Positions 51,684-63,592 of a DNA stretch of 64,000 nt are shown in pieces. The translations under genes were made by a program, and so were the position numbers. Under the pieces are notes generated by a model that saw nothing but the letters and a program-made list of their open reading frames with translations, did no database searches and was not told the origin of the DNA. How positions within the stretch are numbered: the stretch's first letter is position 1; each line of letters starts with the position of its first letter. This DNA is from Adineta vaga (taxonomy: Eukaryota; Animalia; Rotifera), in assembly GCA_021613535.1 (NCBI GenBank), contig CP075495.1:930001-994000 (forward strand), in the 5' to 3' direction.

Positions 51684-52037
51684 TCTTATATAAGTGAATT
51701 CTCGTAAACTTCAATGTAAGTTTGGATAAGGATAAATGAGAAATCAACAGCTAAATCTATATGAAGAATTATTTGCGAAAAAAATATATGTACTTCATAC
51801 AACCGATTTGTCGAAGTTTATAATTAGAAAAATATCCTAACTTTTAATTTCAATTGATGGTGTCATCGTAGTTAGATGCTTCTGTCTTTATTCTCTATCT
51901 GAATAAAATAGCAACGTATTATATTAAATAAAACGAATTTGCTACAAAAAAATCAGAATTTCTCTTCTATATTCTCACGACAAAAATCACACGATTTATT
52001 ATTATCTTTGTTAGAAATATTGTCAATGTTAATTGTA

Positions 52038-52880
52038 TTAATGTATTTCAGCATTGAATATATTCACTGCTATGGATAATCCATACATTGGTTCACAAGT
52101 CGGAATAAATTCATGACCAATATAACTAGTATAACCAATTTCTCGAATAGTTTTGACAATATCTGGATAATAAATATCTTGTTTATCATCTAATTCATTT
52201 CGACCTGGATATCCTGCTGTATGAATATGACCAATAATATCATGATGAGCTCGTAAATATTTAATCACATCACCATGCATGATATACACATGATAAATAT
52301 CGAATAAAAGACGAATATTTGGTGAATTTACTTTACGAACAATCGCAGCACAAAAATCAATATTATCACCTTGATAACCAGGATGACCTTTCATTGGATG
52401 TGATTTTTCGCGTGTATTGAGATGTTCAAGACATATAATGATATTTTTCTCAGCAGCATAACTCGATAATTTACGAAGACCTTTCACACAATTTTCAAAA
52501 CATTCATCAATAGAAATTTCACCACTTGACGAATCTTCAGGATTGAGCCATTTATATCCAACGAAAGCAATTACATTAGGAAAACCATATTCAGAAGCTA
52601 GATCAATCGATTGTTTAGTACGAGTAATAAGTTCTTCATGATTCATTAAATTATTGAATCCTTTCATAAAAGGTGCACCTGACATTCCATTACAACAAAG
52701 TGCACATTTTAAATTATATTTCTTTAGAATTGAATAAGTTTCAAAAGGTGCAAGTTCGATACTTTTAATATCAAGATCAAGAGCCAATTGACAAATTTGT
52801 TCTATATTCCATTTCCATTCAGTTTCACCAAGACACCAATAAGCAATCGATTGTTTGAATTTATGTAAATCCGACATCAT
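52038..52880 (-). CDS. hyi: Hydroxypyruvate isomerase-like / xylose-isomerase-like TIM barrel, bacterial type, intronless
   Basis: KQSIAYWC, IKSIEL, ICLEHLN, HPGYQGD, LLFDIYH, IGHIHTAGYPGRNELD, YIGHEFIP. Confidence 0.85.
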   Translation of the reverse strand: MMSDLHKFKQSIAYWCLGETEWKWNIEQICQLALDLDIKSIELAPFETYSILKKYNLKCALCCNGMSGAPFMKGFNNLMNHEELITRTKQSIDLASEYGFPNVIAFVGYKWLNPEDSSSGEISIDECFENCVKGLRKLSSYAAEKNIIICLEHLNTREKSHPMKGHPGYQGDNIDFCAAIVRKVNSPNIRLLFDIYHVYIMHGDVIKYLRAHHDIIGHIHTAGYPGRNELDDKQDIYYPDIVKTIREIGYTSYIGHEFIPTCEPMYGLSIAVNIFNAEIH

Positions 52881-53663
52881 TAATAACTATGTATAGTTAC
52901 AATAAATAATATAATTACATATGATTCTATTGCTTTTTTTTTCGATACTTCGTAAAACACGTGTTATATTACATAAAAAAGATAAGAACAAAAAAGAAGC
53001 TGTACAAACACAATGAGAACATCATATAACATGTTTATAAATCGTTGAATCACGAAAAGATATAGATGAATGTGTGAATATATATCAGCACTAAGAGAAT
53101 ATTCTTTTTACTGATTGTTCTCACAATCAACAACGTTTCAATATACAGATCAATTGTCTTTTTCTTAAGAATTGTGAAGAAGCAAAAGTAGGTGAAATAA
53201 TAGTTGAGAATTTGTATTAGTTTTTTTTAATAAGTTTCATTTGAATTGAATTCGAAAAATTCTTTTTAATAAACAGCAATCGTTTTTTATTTGTTTAACG
53301 AATTTTTCACTTTAAAAGAAATATAGAGAAAGGATGAGAACACACTTATATCATATAATTATTTAAGAAAATTTACATTGACATTCTTCCTGTTAGCAAT
53401 TTCATTTAATTTTTATATTTTTTCTTTAAGTTTGAATATAATTGAATGTATTCATTAAAAATAACTGATCTGGTATGTTGCATAGATGATCAAGTAAAGT
53501 AAAACGCCTTGTTTGTACATTTATTTTTCATAACTACTCTGTTTGTTTATTGAGTAAATCGAAATGAAAGTTTTCTTCATTCCATCTATTTTCTATAACA
53601 ATCTTTATAAGTGCTATTGCAAAAACACGAAAATACATTTACTTTCATTTCTATTCGATAAAA

Positions 53664-55268
53664 ATGGATGAAAAATTGAATACCGAACGTTTTCTTCATA
53701 TTGAACCAGAATTTGAACAAACTCAAATATCAATTCATGGTTATGAAAATTATCCACTCGTTTCATTAAAAGAAGCAATTGAACCATTTAAATCTTTACT
53801 TTATAATTGTGATGCAATGATTAAATTAGCGAAAAAAAATTGTCGAAAACCATCCGATGGTTTAACTCATGATGAATCTTGTGCTATTTATATATATACA
53901 ATGCCAAGACCATATCCACATCCAAGTTTATTTCAATTACTTCAAGAAAATTTTCGTTCACAAGATCAAAATTGTTTCGTACAATGGTTTCTTTATTTAA
54001 AATTATTCTTTACTGCATTGTATAAACTTCCATCGTATAAAGGTTTAATCTATCGTGGTGCTCGAAGAAATCTTATTAATCAATATCATAAAGATCATTT
54101 CTGGTGGGAAATAAGTTCTTGTACGGAAAAAATGAATCTTATCGATACATTTATGGAAAATACAGGTGAACGAACTATTTTTATTATTGAATGTTTTAAT
54201 GGCAAATCAATTCGTTCTCATTCATATATTAAAATTGAAAATGAAATTCTTCTTCTTCCTAAAACTTATTTTCAAATTGTAGGAAAATGGAAAGCAGGAA
54301 AAGATTTGTATATAATTCAATTGAAAGAACAAATATCTCCTTATGAAATGATCATTTCACCATTAATAGAAACTGTTATAATTACAACTAATCGATTAGA
54401 ATTTCCAAAATATCATCAATGGAAATCAAATGGTATAACAATAGTTAATGGAAATGATTTAAATCAACTTTTATCTCCTCAAGGAATCTTTCTTGATAAA
54501 TATAAAAATATTTATATTGCTGATTGTAATAATCATCGTATTATTAAATGGAAATGTAATGAAAAAAAAGGAGAAATTATTTCTTGTAAAGATCAATTAA
54601 ATCATCCAATTAATGTTATTTTTAATGAAGAAAATCATTCATTGATTATTACTGATCTTGGAAATCGACGAGTAATTCGATGGTTTAATCAAAATCAACA
54701 AGAAATTCTTATTGAAAATATTCAATGTTATGGTTTATATATGGATAAACAAGGTTTTCTTTATGTAACTGATCAAACGAAAAATGAAATAAGACAATGG
54801 AAAATAGGTGAAAAATATAGTATAGTTGTTGCAGGTGGAAATGGACGTGGAAATCAACTTAATCAACTTACATGTCCAACGTATATTTTTGTTGATGATC
54901 AACAATCGATTTATATTTCGGATAATTCTAATCATCGTGTAATGAAATGGAAAAAAGATGCAAAAGAAGGTGTGATTGTTGCTGGTGGAAATGGTCAAGG
55001 AAGAAATCTAAATCAATTATCTTATCCAGCAGGAATACTTGTTGATCAATGGGGTCAAATCTATATTGCTGATAGTTTGAATAATAGAATAATGCGTTGG
55101 TATGAAGGAAAGAAAGAAGGGGAATTAATTATTGGTGGAAATGGTCAAGGAAATGAATCAAATCAATTCAATGGTCCCACTGGTTTATCTTTTGATTTAG
55201 AAGGAAATCTTTATGTTTCAGATTGTATTAATAATCGAATTCAAAAATATGATATTATTCTTAAATAG
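53664..55268 (+). CDS. Mono-ADP-ribosyltransferase (R-S-E) domain + NHL-repeat beta-propeller, intronless
   Basis: IHGYENYPLVSLKEA, DESCAIYIYT, IYRG, ISSCT, ENEILL; NHL repeats VAGGNGxGNQLNQL and IYIAD..NNRI. Confidence 0.9.
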   Translation: MDEKLNTERFLHIEPEFEQTQISIHGYENYPLVSLKEAIEPFKSLLYNCDAMIKLAKKNCRKPSDGLTHDESCAIYIYTMPRPYPHPSLFQLLQENFRSQDQNCFVQWFLYLKLFFTALYKLPSYKGLIYRGARRNLINQYHKDHFWWEISSCTEKMNLIDTFMENTGERTIFIIECFNGKSIRSHSYIKIENEILLLPKTYFQIVGKWKAGKDLYIIQLKEQISPYEMIISPLIETVIITTNRLEFPKYHQWKSNGITIVNGNDLNQLLSPQGIFLDKYKNIYIADCNNHRIIKWKCNEKKGEIISCKDQLNHPINVIFNEENHSLIITDLGNRRVIRWFNQNQQEILIENIQCYGLYMDKQGFLYVTDQTKNEIRQWKIGEKYSIVVAGGNGRGNQLNQLTCPTYIFVDDQQSIYISDNSNHRVMKWKKDAKEGVIVAGGNGQGRNLNQLSYPAGILVDQWGQIYIADSLNNRIMRWYEGKKEGELIIGGNGQGNESNQFNGPTGLSFDLEGNLYVSDCINNRIQKYDIILK

Positions 55269-55539
55269 AATAAAAAACAAAAGAACTAATATTCTGACTC
55301 ATTTAAAGAACATTCCAGTTCTCCTTTCTTGATGATAACCTTGTAAGAACACATCATTTCTTTTCAACATCTTTTTCTTTAATTCTTTATAACATGTGAT
55401 AATATATAGACAAACAAATACAAAGGTATGATAGATATAGATATATATCTTCTTCCCAGATAAAACATCGACGAATTCAATACTTTTGCACACCTACTTT
55501 TTTTTTTCTTCTTCCGAGGATACTTAAAAACATGAAATT

Positions 55540-58500
55540 ATGTTGAGAATAAACATTAGATTATCATTTATAATTCAATTCTTTATATTTTCGGTATGAT
55601 AATCAATTATAAAACAAATAAACAATTATTCATATATATATCTTTTTATATAGATATTAATCTGTACGTATGGTAAGACAAATGCATCAAGCACAAAACT
55701 CTTCACTATAGAAAGAGAAAATAATTTAACTACTGCTTACACCAGTAAGTTCTTTATCTTTTCATATTTTATTACAAATGATAATAATTATTTTTATTTA
55801 GATGAAATATGTAGTTCAAATTCCGATAATAATATAAATGTAATAAATCGAACATCATCTATGTTTGAAGCATTAATTATTTATAATTGTTCATTAATTG
55901 ATTCATCTCAATTAGATATTTTTATAAATGAAACAAAAATTGATTATTGTTATATTAATGATTTAAATGAAACAATTTCTATTATATGTATAGATATTCC
56001 AAATCATGCTGGACGTGATTGGTCATTTACAATTGGTTCACAAATAAATTCCAATCAAACATTTCTTAACGAAACATTTACAATTACTTTAACACCTTTA
56101 ATTCTTGAAAATTCAACAAATCTAACTATAATTGTTGATACAAATTTAACATCTGCATTAATTTATATTCCAAATTGTCAAAATATAACTGATTTACAAT
56201 ATCTTCGTATAGAATGTAATAATAATTCGAATTCATCAAATAATACACTTTCAGAAGATTGTGAATTTTTATGTAATGATTTAATACCTGGATCTATTTA
56301 TCAAGCATCATTAATTCGATTAGCAATTCCTATTATTGATAAAATATTTACTAATGAAAGTGATCATCATTTTCAAGAAGAATATCTTAATGAAATTTAT
56401 ATAATTAGTAAAAAAAATAAAATTTTCTTTAAATAATTTTAATTTATTTATTTAGATGTTGATAAAGTAAAAGATTTTACTTATGAAATTAAAAATAATT
56501 CTGCTATTATTTCCTTTGAACCAATTCGTGGAAATTATGATGAAATTAATTTGACATGTATTGCTCAAGATCAATTATGGTCACAAATGATAACAACATT
56601 AACAACAACTATTACAAATTGTTCAATTTGTACTTCAATTATTATTTATCCAATTGAATTTGGTGTTTTATATCAATGTGAAGCTTTAACAATTAAAGAA
56701 AATTTTGAAAATATTCTATCCAATCCAATGAATTTTAGTACATCTCTTAGACCTGTATTTGTTAATGATTCTCGATTAAATTTACCTATTACTTCAACTA
56801 ATTTTTCAATTGAAGTTTTTCCTCAAAGTGATTTTGATTATTTAAAATCAATTTGTTTAACAGATATAAATTTATATTATCCATGTTCAGAACTTCGATT
56901 TAATCATAGTCGATATTCCAATCATTTAATACATCGTGGATATCTTGGTTGTAATTATCATTGTACAATTGTAACAAGAAAAACGAATTATATTGATCAA
57001 TATTCGAGAGATTATTCTGTTGTACTTCGTTAGTATCATTTTATTTCATAGAATTATTCAAGAATAAAATTTCATCAAATTTTAGGTCCACCAACTCCAA
57101 ATATTTTTTATTTTGACAATGGAACAACATCAACAACAATATCTATTCAATGGAATATTTCGAATAAAGATACGTTTATTCGAACTTTTAATATTTATCA
57201 AAATCAAACATTAATTGGAACTACAAATCGTGGTGTAATGTATTATAAAATAATAGGTCTTCAACCAAATACCGAGTAAATAAAATAGAATTCCATTTTT
57301 AGAATTTTTTATTTCAAAAAATTTTTTAGTTATAAACTTCGAATAGGACTTGATGCGAATTTTCAAGTCAATTCTTCATCTGTTATTATTCGAACAAAAC
57401 AAGAAAGTAACGAAATTACTTTATGAAATTAACTAAATGTTATATTGAAATGATTTTTAGTACCAAGACAACCAAATAGTATTGATATTGGAAATAAAAT
57501 AGTTTTTATTGAAGATGATCCCGAGTCAACTACTGTACAAATTGTTGTTAGATTTGATTCAACATTATTCTTAGATGATTATGGATTTATTAATAATTAT
57601 TTAATTTATGTTCGACAAGGTAATCAATAGATTTATTTAGAATTATTATTTAGAATTCTTGAGTTTTAGATCAGAATAAAAAAGAATCAGATCCAGATAA
57701 TCTTGGAAGTTATGCAGCTGCTTGGTTAGATCCTTCAATTGATTATTTGGCAATTATTCATCGAAGAATATCAATCAAGAAAAGGTGTAAGTACAGATGA
57801 AGGATGTGGATATAGATATAGATGTAGACATGAATTAGAAATCATCTTAAGGGTGTCGAAAATAGATATATTTTTTCTCTTCACAATCTCTCTTCTAAGT
57901 TTAAGGCATGAATTTTCATGTGCCTTTCGATGTGATTCAATTGTAAATACGTCATTCACATCCGTTTTTTTTATAGTTTGGAAAAATGATGATAAAATTC
58001 GTATGATTATTGGGAGTGAAATGACATGTAGATGGATACAAATGCAACAATACCTTGTAATGGAAAATTGAAACCAAATAGTAATTATTCGTAAGCTTTA
58101 ATCTTGTATAACACTAAGTATAATTTATTCTCTATGTTCAACAATAGAATTATTATAAGTGCATGTAATATGGCTGGTTGTAGACCTGTACTTTCAAAAA
58201 TATTTCGTACAAAAAGTAAGAAAATAGTTTATTGTTCACCTTTTTTTCCAATGATATTTCATTCAGGTGAAATTCCAATAAAGAAATCATATATATGGAT
58301 ATACGCATCAGTTGCAGGAGGCCTTGTATTGATTATTATTGTTTTTATTGCTATATGGCAAAGAAAGAGAATATGTGGTAAAAGATCAAAACCAACCTCA
58401 GAGTAAATGTCAAACTTTCAAAAGATTTTTGCCATTAGAAAAACTTTTGATTTTTTAGTGAGTCTGCTATGATTGGATTGAAAACTGTTCGTACACCAAA

Positions 58501-60599
58501 GAGGTAAGAAATATTCAATTCGATTTGATATATTTCAATATATATTTATGTAGACCAAAACTACTTCGACAATTTATCAATTTGACACAACAAGATAAAC
58601 AAGAAATTTATGATGAATATAATGTAAGTTGAATATTATTTATTTTGATTTCGATTCTATTAAACTTATGTTATCACAGGAATTAAATCATCATCATTCA
58701 CATTCATCTTATGAAAGATCTTTTGAGGATCAAAAATATAAAGAATATGATCGATATCGAGATATATTTGCTCGAGGAGAATGTAATTTTATTGAGAATA
58801 TTTTTATTTTTACAATTCAATATATTTTTCTTTCTAGGGAAAAAGACCGCACTATATTTACGTGGTGAACATCGTCTTCATGATTACATTAATGCCAATC
58901 AAATAACAGTAAGTGATAAAAGATTAACAACGTATAAATACGAAATCATTTTCTAGAGTTATGATAATAAAAAACAATACATTGCATGTCAAGGACCAAT
59001 GAGAAATACATGTGAAGATTTCTGGGATATGATTTATCAATATCGTGTATCTAAAATAGTGATGTTAACACATTATGATCAACCAAATAAAACCGAATGC
59101 AAAGTAAAGTCTTGAATTTAATCCTAAAATCTTTTATTTCATTAATCTTCTAGCCCAAATGTTTTCCATATTTTCCAATTCGAAAAAATGCAAGATTATC
59201 ATTTGATCATTGGACTGTAACGACACAAAATGTACAATATTGTCCGGAATTAGATTTACGAATTCGTTTTATATTATTAAGAGGAAAGAATAGAAATTGT
59301 TGTGAACATCGTGTTATTCATTATTGTTTTACTAGTTGGAAAGATTTTCGACCTTTGGAACCTAATGTTTTACTTCAATTAATTGAATTAGTTAATCAAC
59401 ATGGAAATGAAGAGAATAGAACAGAATCTTCAACAGCTCCTGAAGTTATTCACTGCAGGTAACAATAAATGCAGAAACTTCAGATTTCATCCGACAGTTA
59501 TGTGTACTGAAAAAATTGTATCAGAGAGACATGAACCATTCTGAAATGTCAAAAAATCAAAATTATTCTGAGAAATCTTTTCGATGTGTACGATTTATGA
59601 TCACTTGTTTTTCAATGAATTTTTGTATTTGTATCTAAAGGAATTACAGTTATAAGTAACCTCATCAATCTATAAGAGATATATGATGATAGATATAGAC
59701 ATCATCATTTTCATAATAGTTCACCGATAATAATAATAATGACTGAGGACAATGCTTTATATTTATACTTAGGTAGAAAATGATGTATCTAGGAAATGTT
59801 AAAGATAATTTTCATCTGAGACATGTCTATTAGAAAACTACGATTTCATTGAAAACTAACATCATATTTGGAATTAGCTTTAAAAATTGAGTCGATTCAT
59901 ATATGTTATGTTATTTATTTATTTATTTACTAGTGCGGGTATTGGTCGAACAGGTACTTATATTGCAGTAGATACAATAGTTCGTTTACTTAATGATCAT
60001 TCATATGATTTAACTACAATGAAATTAGATATAATGAGTATTGTATATCATTTACGAGAAGATCGTATGAGAATGGTTCAAACAGATGTAAGTTTTTGTT
60101 TTTTGAAATTATTGTAGAATTGTTTTGTTTTCATTTATAGGAACAATATATGTTAGTTAATCTTTGTGTGGAAGAATATTTAAAACGAACAAATCAATTA
60201 AGTCTTAGTATGTGAAAAGATTTTCTCAAATGAAAAAGAAATTGATTTGTATTTTTAGTTACACAACCTTATGTCAATATGACTCATTTATCATCAAATT
60301 CTAATGATCAATATATGAATATTTCTCAACCTAAAGATGAAATAGTACAACATTCAAAATTTGATCGATCATCATCATCATCTTCTCCTCAATATCAAAA
60401 TCTAATTAAAAATAAATATTCTACACAACGATCGATATCTATGGCTCCTACTGATCGTAGTCATCATTCTCGACGAAAATCAACTATCTCTTCAATAGAT
60501 CATCATAATACGAGAACAAATCGTGCTAATATTCATGAAATACCTCCACCAATTCCACATCGTCGACCTACTATTCGACAAGATTCCTTGCAATTTTAA
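55540..60599 (+). CDS. Receptor-type protein tyrosine phosphatase (FN3-like ectodomain, single PTP domain; R3-like), many exons; 1-bp deletion near 58035
   Basis: Signal peptide; FN3-like repeats (GLQPNTE); CNGKLKPNSNY; TM helix; DRYRDI, DYINAN, YIACQGP, DFWDMI, IVMLT, WKD loop, IHC|SAGIGRTGTYI, MVQT.EQY. Confidence 0.88.
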
Positions 60600-60921
60600 T
60601 ATCGAACAATCGTTTTTATTTCAAATGTAAATTATTTATATAAATATCGTGATGATTGTTTTTTTTGTTGTTCATTTGAATGACATGTACAACGTTGATT
60701 TACAGGTATATTTTTCATAACTGAATCTTTATGCATACCACAACCTATCCAATGTGAATTGAATGAAAAAGATAATTCCATTCTATTTCTTTTCTTTTTT
60801 CTATGTTTTTGTTTATTACTTACCGGCCCACGTGTATTTACGACATTTTTGACATTGAATTTTATAACACATTTGTTTATTTATTGAAAAATAAAATAAA
60901 AATAGAAAAAAAAACGCGCTT

Positions 60922-61713
60922 TTATTCTTCATTTTCAAATTCAGTAATGATTGCATTATGATCAGTAGCAGGTTGAGTATTAATTATCCAACATTTACTT
61001 AATTTCCATTGATCATTATCACGTAAACGTAAATAAATATAATCAATTCGTGTTCCATAGGCACATGTAATTACTTTCTCATCTTTCAATTCAGGATTAA
61101 CAAGTCGAAATACATCTTGATAACCCCATTTTTCTGTTATTAAATTCGTTAAATCAAATCGAGGTTTTTCCCAACTAGATTCTTCACGTTTTCCTGCAAC
61201 AATTCTTTGATAATATTCTTCTGTATAATCATCTTTTGTCAAAGCATTCATATCACCAATAAGTATATCGACATTAGGTTGAAAATATTTCATTTGTTTT
61301 AATCGTGCATCTTCATTGATATGATCAAGATGTGTCACAGCAAATGATCGATCTTGAACAAATGGATGATCACCACCAAGACGACATTGAAGTATAGATC
61401 GTTTTCCACCAGGTGATGTAAAATTAATTGGTCGACTAAATGAAGATACGATTGGATAACGTGATGCTATACCATTACCATAAGAATCTCCATAAGTTGA
61501 ATCAAATAGATGATAATTCAATGAAAGTTGTTGACAAAAATTGATCCAACTTTGATCATTACAAACTTCTTCAACAGCAAGAAAATCAAGATTGAGTGGT
61601 TTTAGAATAGATACTAATTCATTCACATTATTTTGCTTTCGAATTGCACTCTCAAAGCCATGAACATTAATTGTTGCTAATCGAAATGTTCTTGGAAATA
61701 ATCGAGATGCCAT
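60922..61713 (-). CDS. Endonuclease/exonuclease/phosphatase (EEP) family protein
   Basis: ATINVH, LAVEEV, GNGIASRYP, VTHLDH, LIGDMN, RIDYIY, TDHNAI. Confidence 0.9.
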   Translation of the reverse strand: MASRLFPRTFRLATINVHGFESAIRKQNNVNELVSILKPLNLDFLAVEEVCNDQSWINFCQQLSLNYHLFDSTYGDSYGNGIASRYPIVSSFSRPINFTSPGGKRSILQCRLGGDHPFVQDRSFAVTHLDHINEDARLKQMKYFQPNVDILIGDMNALTKDDYTEEYYQRIVAGKREESSWEKPRFDLTNLITEKWGYQDVFRLVNPELKDEKVITCAYGTRIDYIYLRLRDNDQWKLSKCWIINTQPATDHNAIITEFENEE

Positions 61714-61864
61714 ATGTTTTAGTTTATTTCCTAATTTTTTCTTTTTTTTCCTGAGTCATGATTAGGCAATAACTAGAAGATTCGTTATTTCTATTGACCA
61801 ATAGAAAATATGTCGCATGAATCTGATTTATTATTCGAATAAAGAAAAGAGAGAGAGAGAGAGT

Positions 61865-62640
61865 TTAGTCTAATGTAAATTCTGCAAATACAATATTATG
61901 ATCTGTTGCTCCTTTTGTATCAACGATTGAACATTTTGTTAGTTTCCATTGATCATTCTCACGTGGACGTAAATAAATATAATCAATTCGAGTTCCATAG
62001 CACATGTTACTACTTCTTTATCTTTTGCATGAGGATTGGCAAGTCGAAATGCATCTTGATAATTCCATTCTTCTCTTATTAATTGAGTTAAATCAAAATG
62101 AGGTTTTTCCCAACTCGATTTCTCACGTTTATGTACAATCATATTTTGATAATAATTGTCTGAATAATCATCTCGCGTCAAAGCATTCATATCACCCATG
62201 AGAATATCGATATTATGTTTTACGGGATCAAATTCTTTTATTTGTGCTAATCGATCATCTTCATCGATATGATCAAGATGTGTCACAGCAAATGATCGAT
62301 CTTGAACAAATGGATGATCACCACCAAGACGACATTGAAGCATTGCTCTTTTTTCACCTGGACATGATAAAATACCTATTTGATTGGAATGAGAAATAAT
62401 AGGATGTTGGGATGCAATTCCATTGGAAAGAAACCATTCATCACATTTTCCTATAATGGAATTTTTTAAACCAAGTTGTTCACAGAATTGATGCCAATGA
62501 TAATCATTATTTATTTCTTGAACTGCAATTAAATCCAATTGAAGTGGTTGAAGAACTGAAACTAAACTATTAATATTTTTAGAGTACGTAGCAAGGCGAA
62601 ATTGATGAATATTAACTGTCGCTATTCGAAATGTAGACAT
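61865..62640 (-). CDS. EEP family protein, tandem paralog; 1-bp deletion near 62000 shifts the last part
   Basis: Same motifs as the neighbour. After VVTCA the frame shifts; the other frame continues GTRIDYIYLRPRENDQWKLTKCSIVDTKGATDHNIVFAEFTLD* to 61865. Confidence 0.85.
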
Positions 62641-63592
62641 TCTAGGAAGTGAAATTTTCTGTTAAGATTCGACAACATATAATATTTATGAATTTTATTT
62701 TATTAGTTCCAATGTCATAACCAATGAGAAGAAAGATAAGTAAACGTCGCCAGTTTTTCTAACTGCAACAATGCTATGTTGACTATATTGACCTCTTTCT
62801 ATTGTCTCTCTGATACAATTAAATATTCAAAAAATATCTTCGACAAAAAAAGCAATGAAATTGAATTTTAGAGATACATTTTGATTAGATGAACAACAAT
62901 ATTTTGATCTTACATGTCGTCTTTATTCCTTCAGTGTATATAATCTTCATGTAATCAAAAGTATAGGGATATATTCAACTGAGAAGTACATATCGAGGAA
63001 ACGTCATGAGATGTTCTTCTCCTCCGATTCTCAGAATTCCTTCATATTTTGTTTCATATGTGGAAAATAGTGACGAATTTCATGAAAATTTCATCAAATC
63101 ATTTAGAGTTTTACAAGAATATTGAAACATCTGGATTGATTGTCTTATTAAATAATTGTTTATTTTTAATAAATTAACATCCTGTTTGATATGAAATCTC
63201 GAATAGTTTATAATTATATTTTTCGAGGAAATTAATTTCACTTGAAGTAGAAAAGGAAAGATGATTTATCATACATCTTATGTTAATCAACTATTTTCTG
63301 TTCTTGTTTTTCTTTTTTTGTATAACTCTCGAAAAATATTATTTTCATTTCTAATATAATGTGTACCTATTCTAACAAAAATTGAGTCAATTGGAATTCT
63401 GATATTTGAGAGAATTGTTTTAATCCTAAAAACAAGTCGTATATTGAAATAATAAAGTAAAATCTTGTGTCTTAGATAGAATCAGAGAATTGATTGAAAA
63501 GAATAGTTAAGAATATAGATTTAGTATGAGAGGAAATTAGTTTTATATTTAAGATTATATATATTCTCTCTTATTCAAATAAATAAATTATC

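Noticed and set aside
47177-52880. Bacterial contamination as the source of iadA and hyi
   Set aside because: iadA has spliceosomal introns, and both genes match the host base composition and are interleaved with eukaryotic genes.
62940-63140. Possible non-autonomous transposon fragment (similar impressions at about 1320-1500 and 7270-7350)
   Set aside because: Only a compositional impression; no boundaries or second copy within the window.
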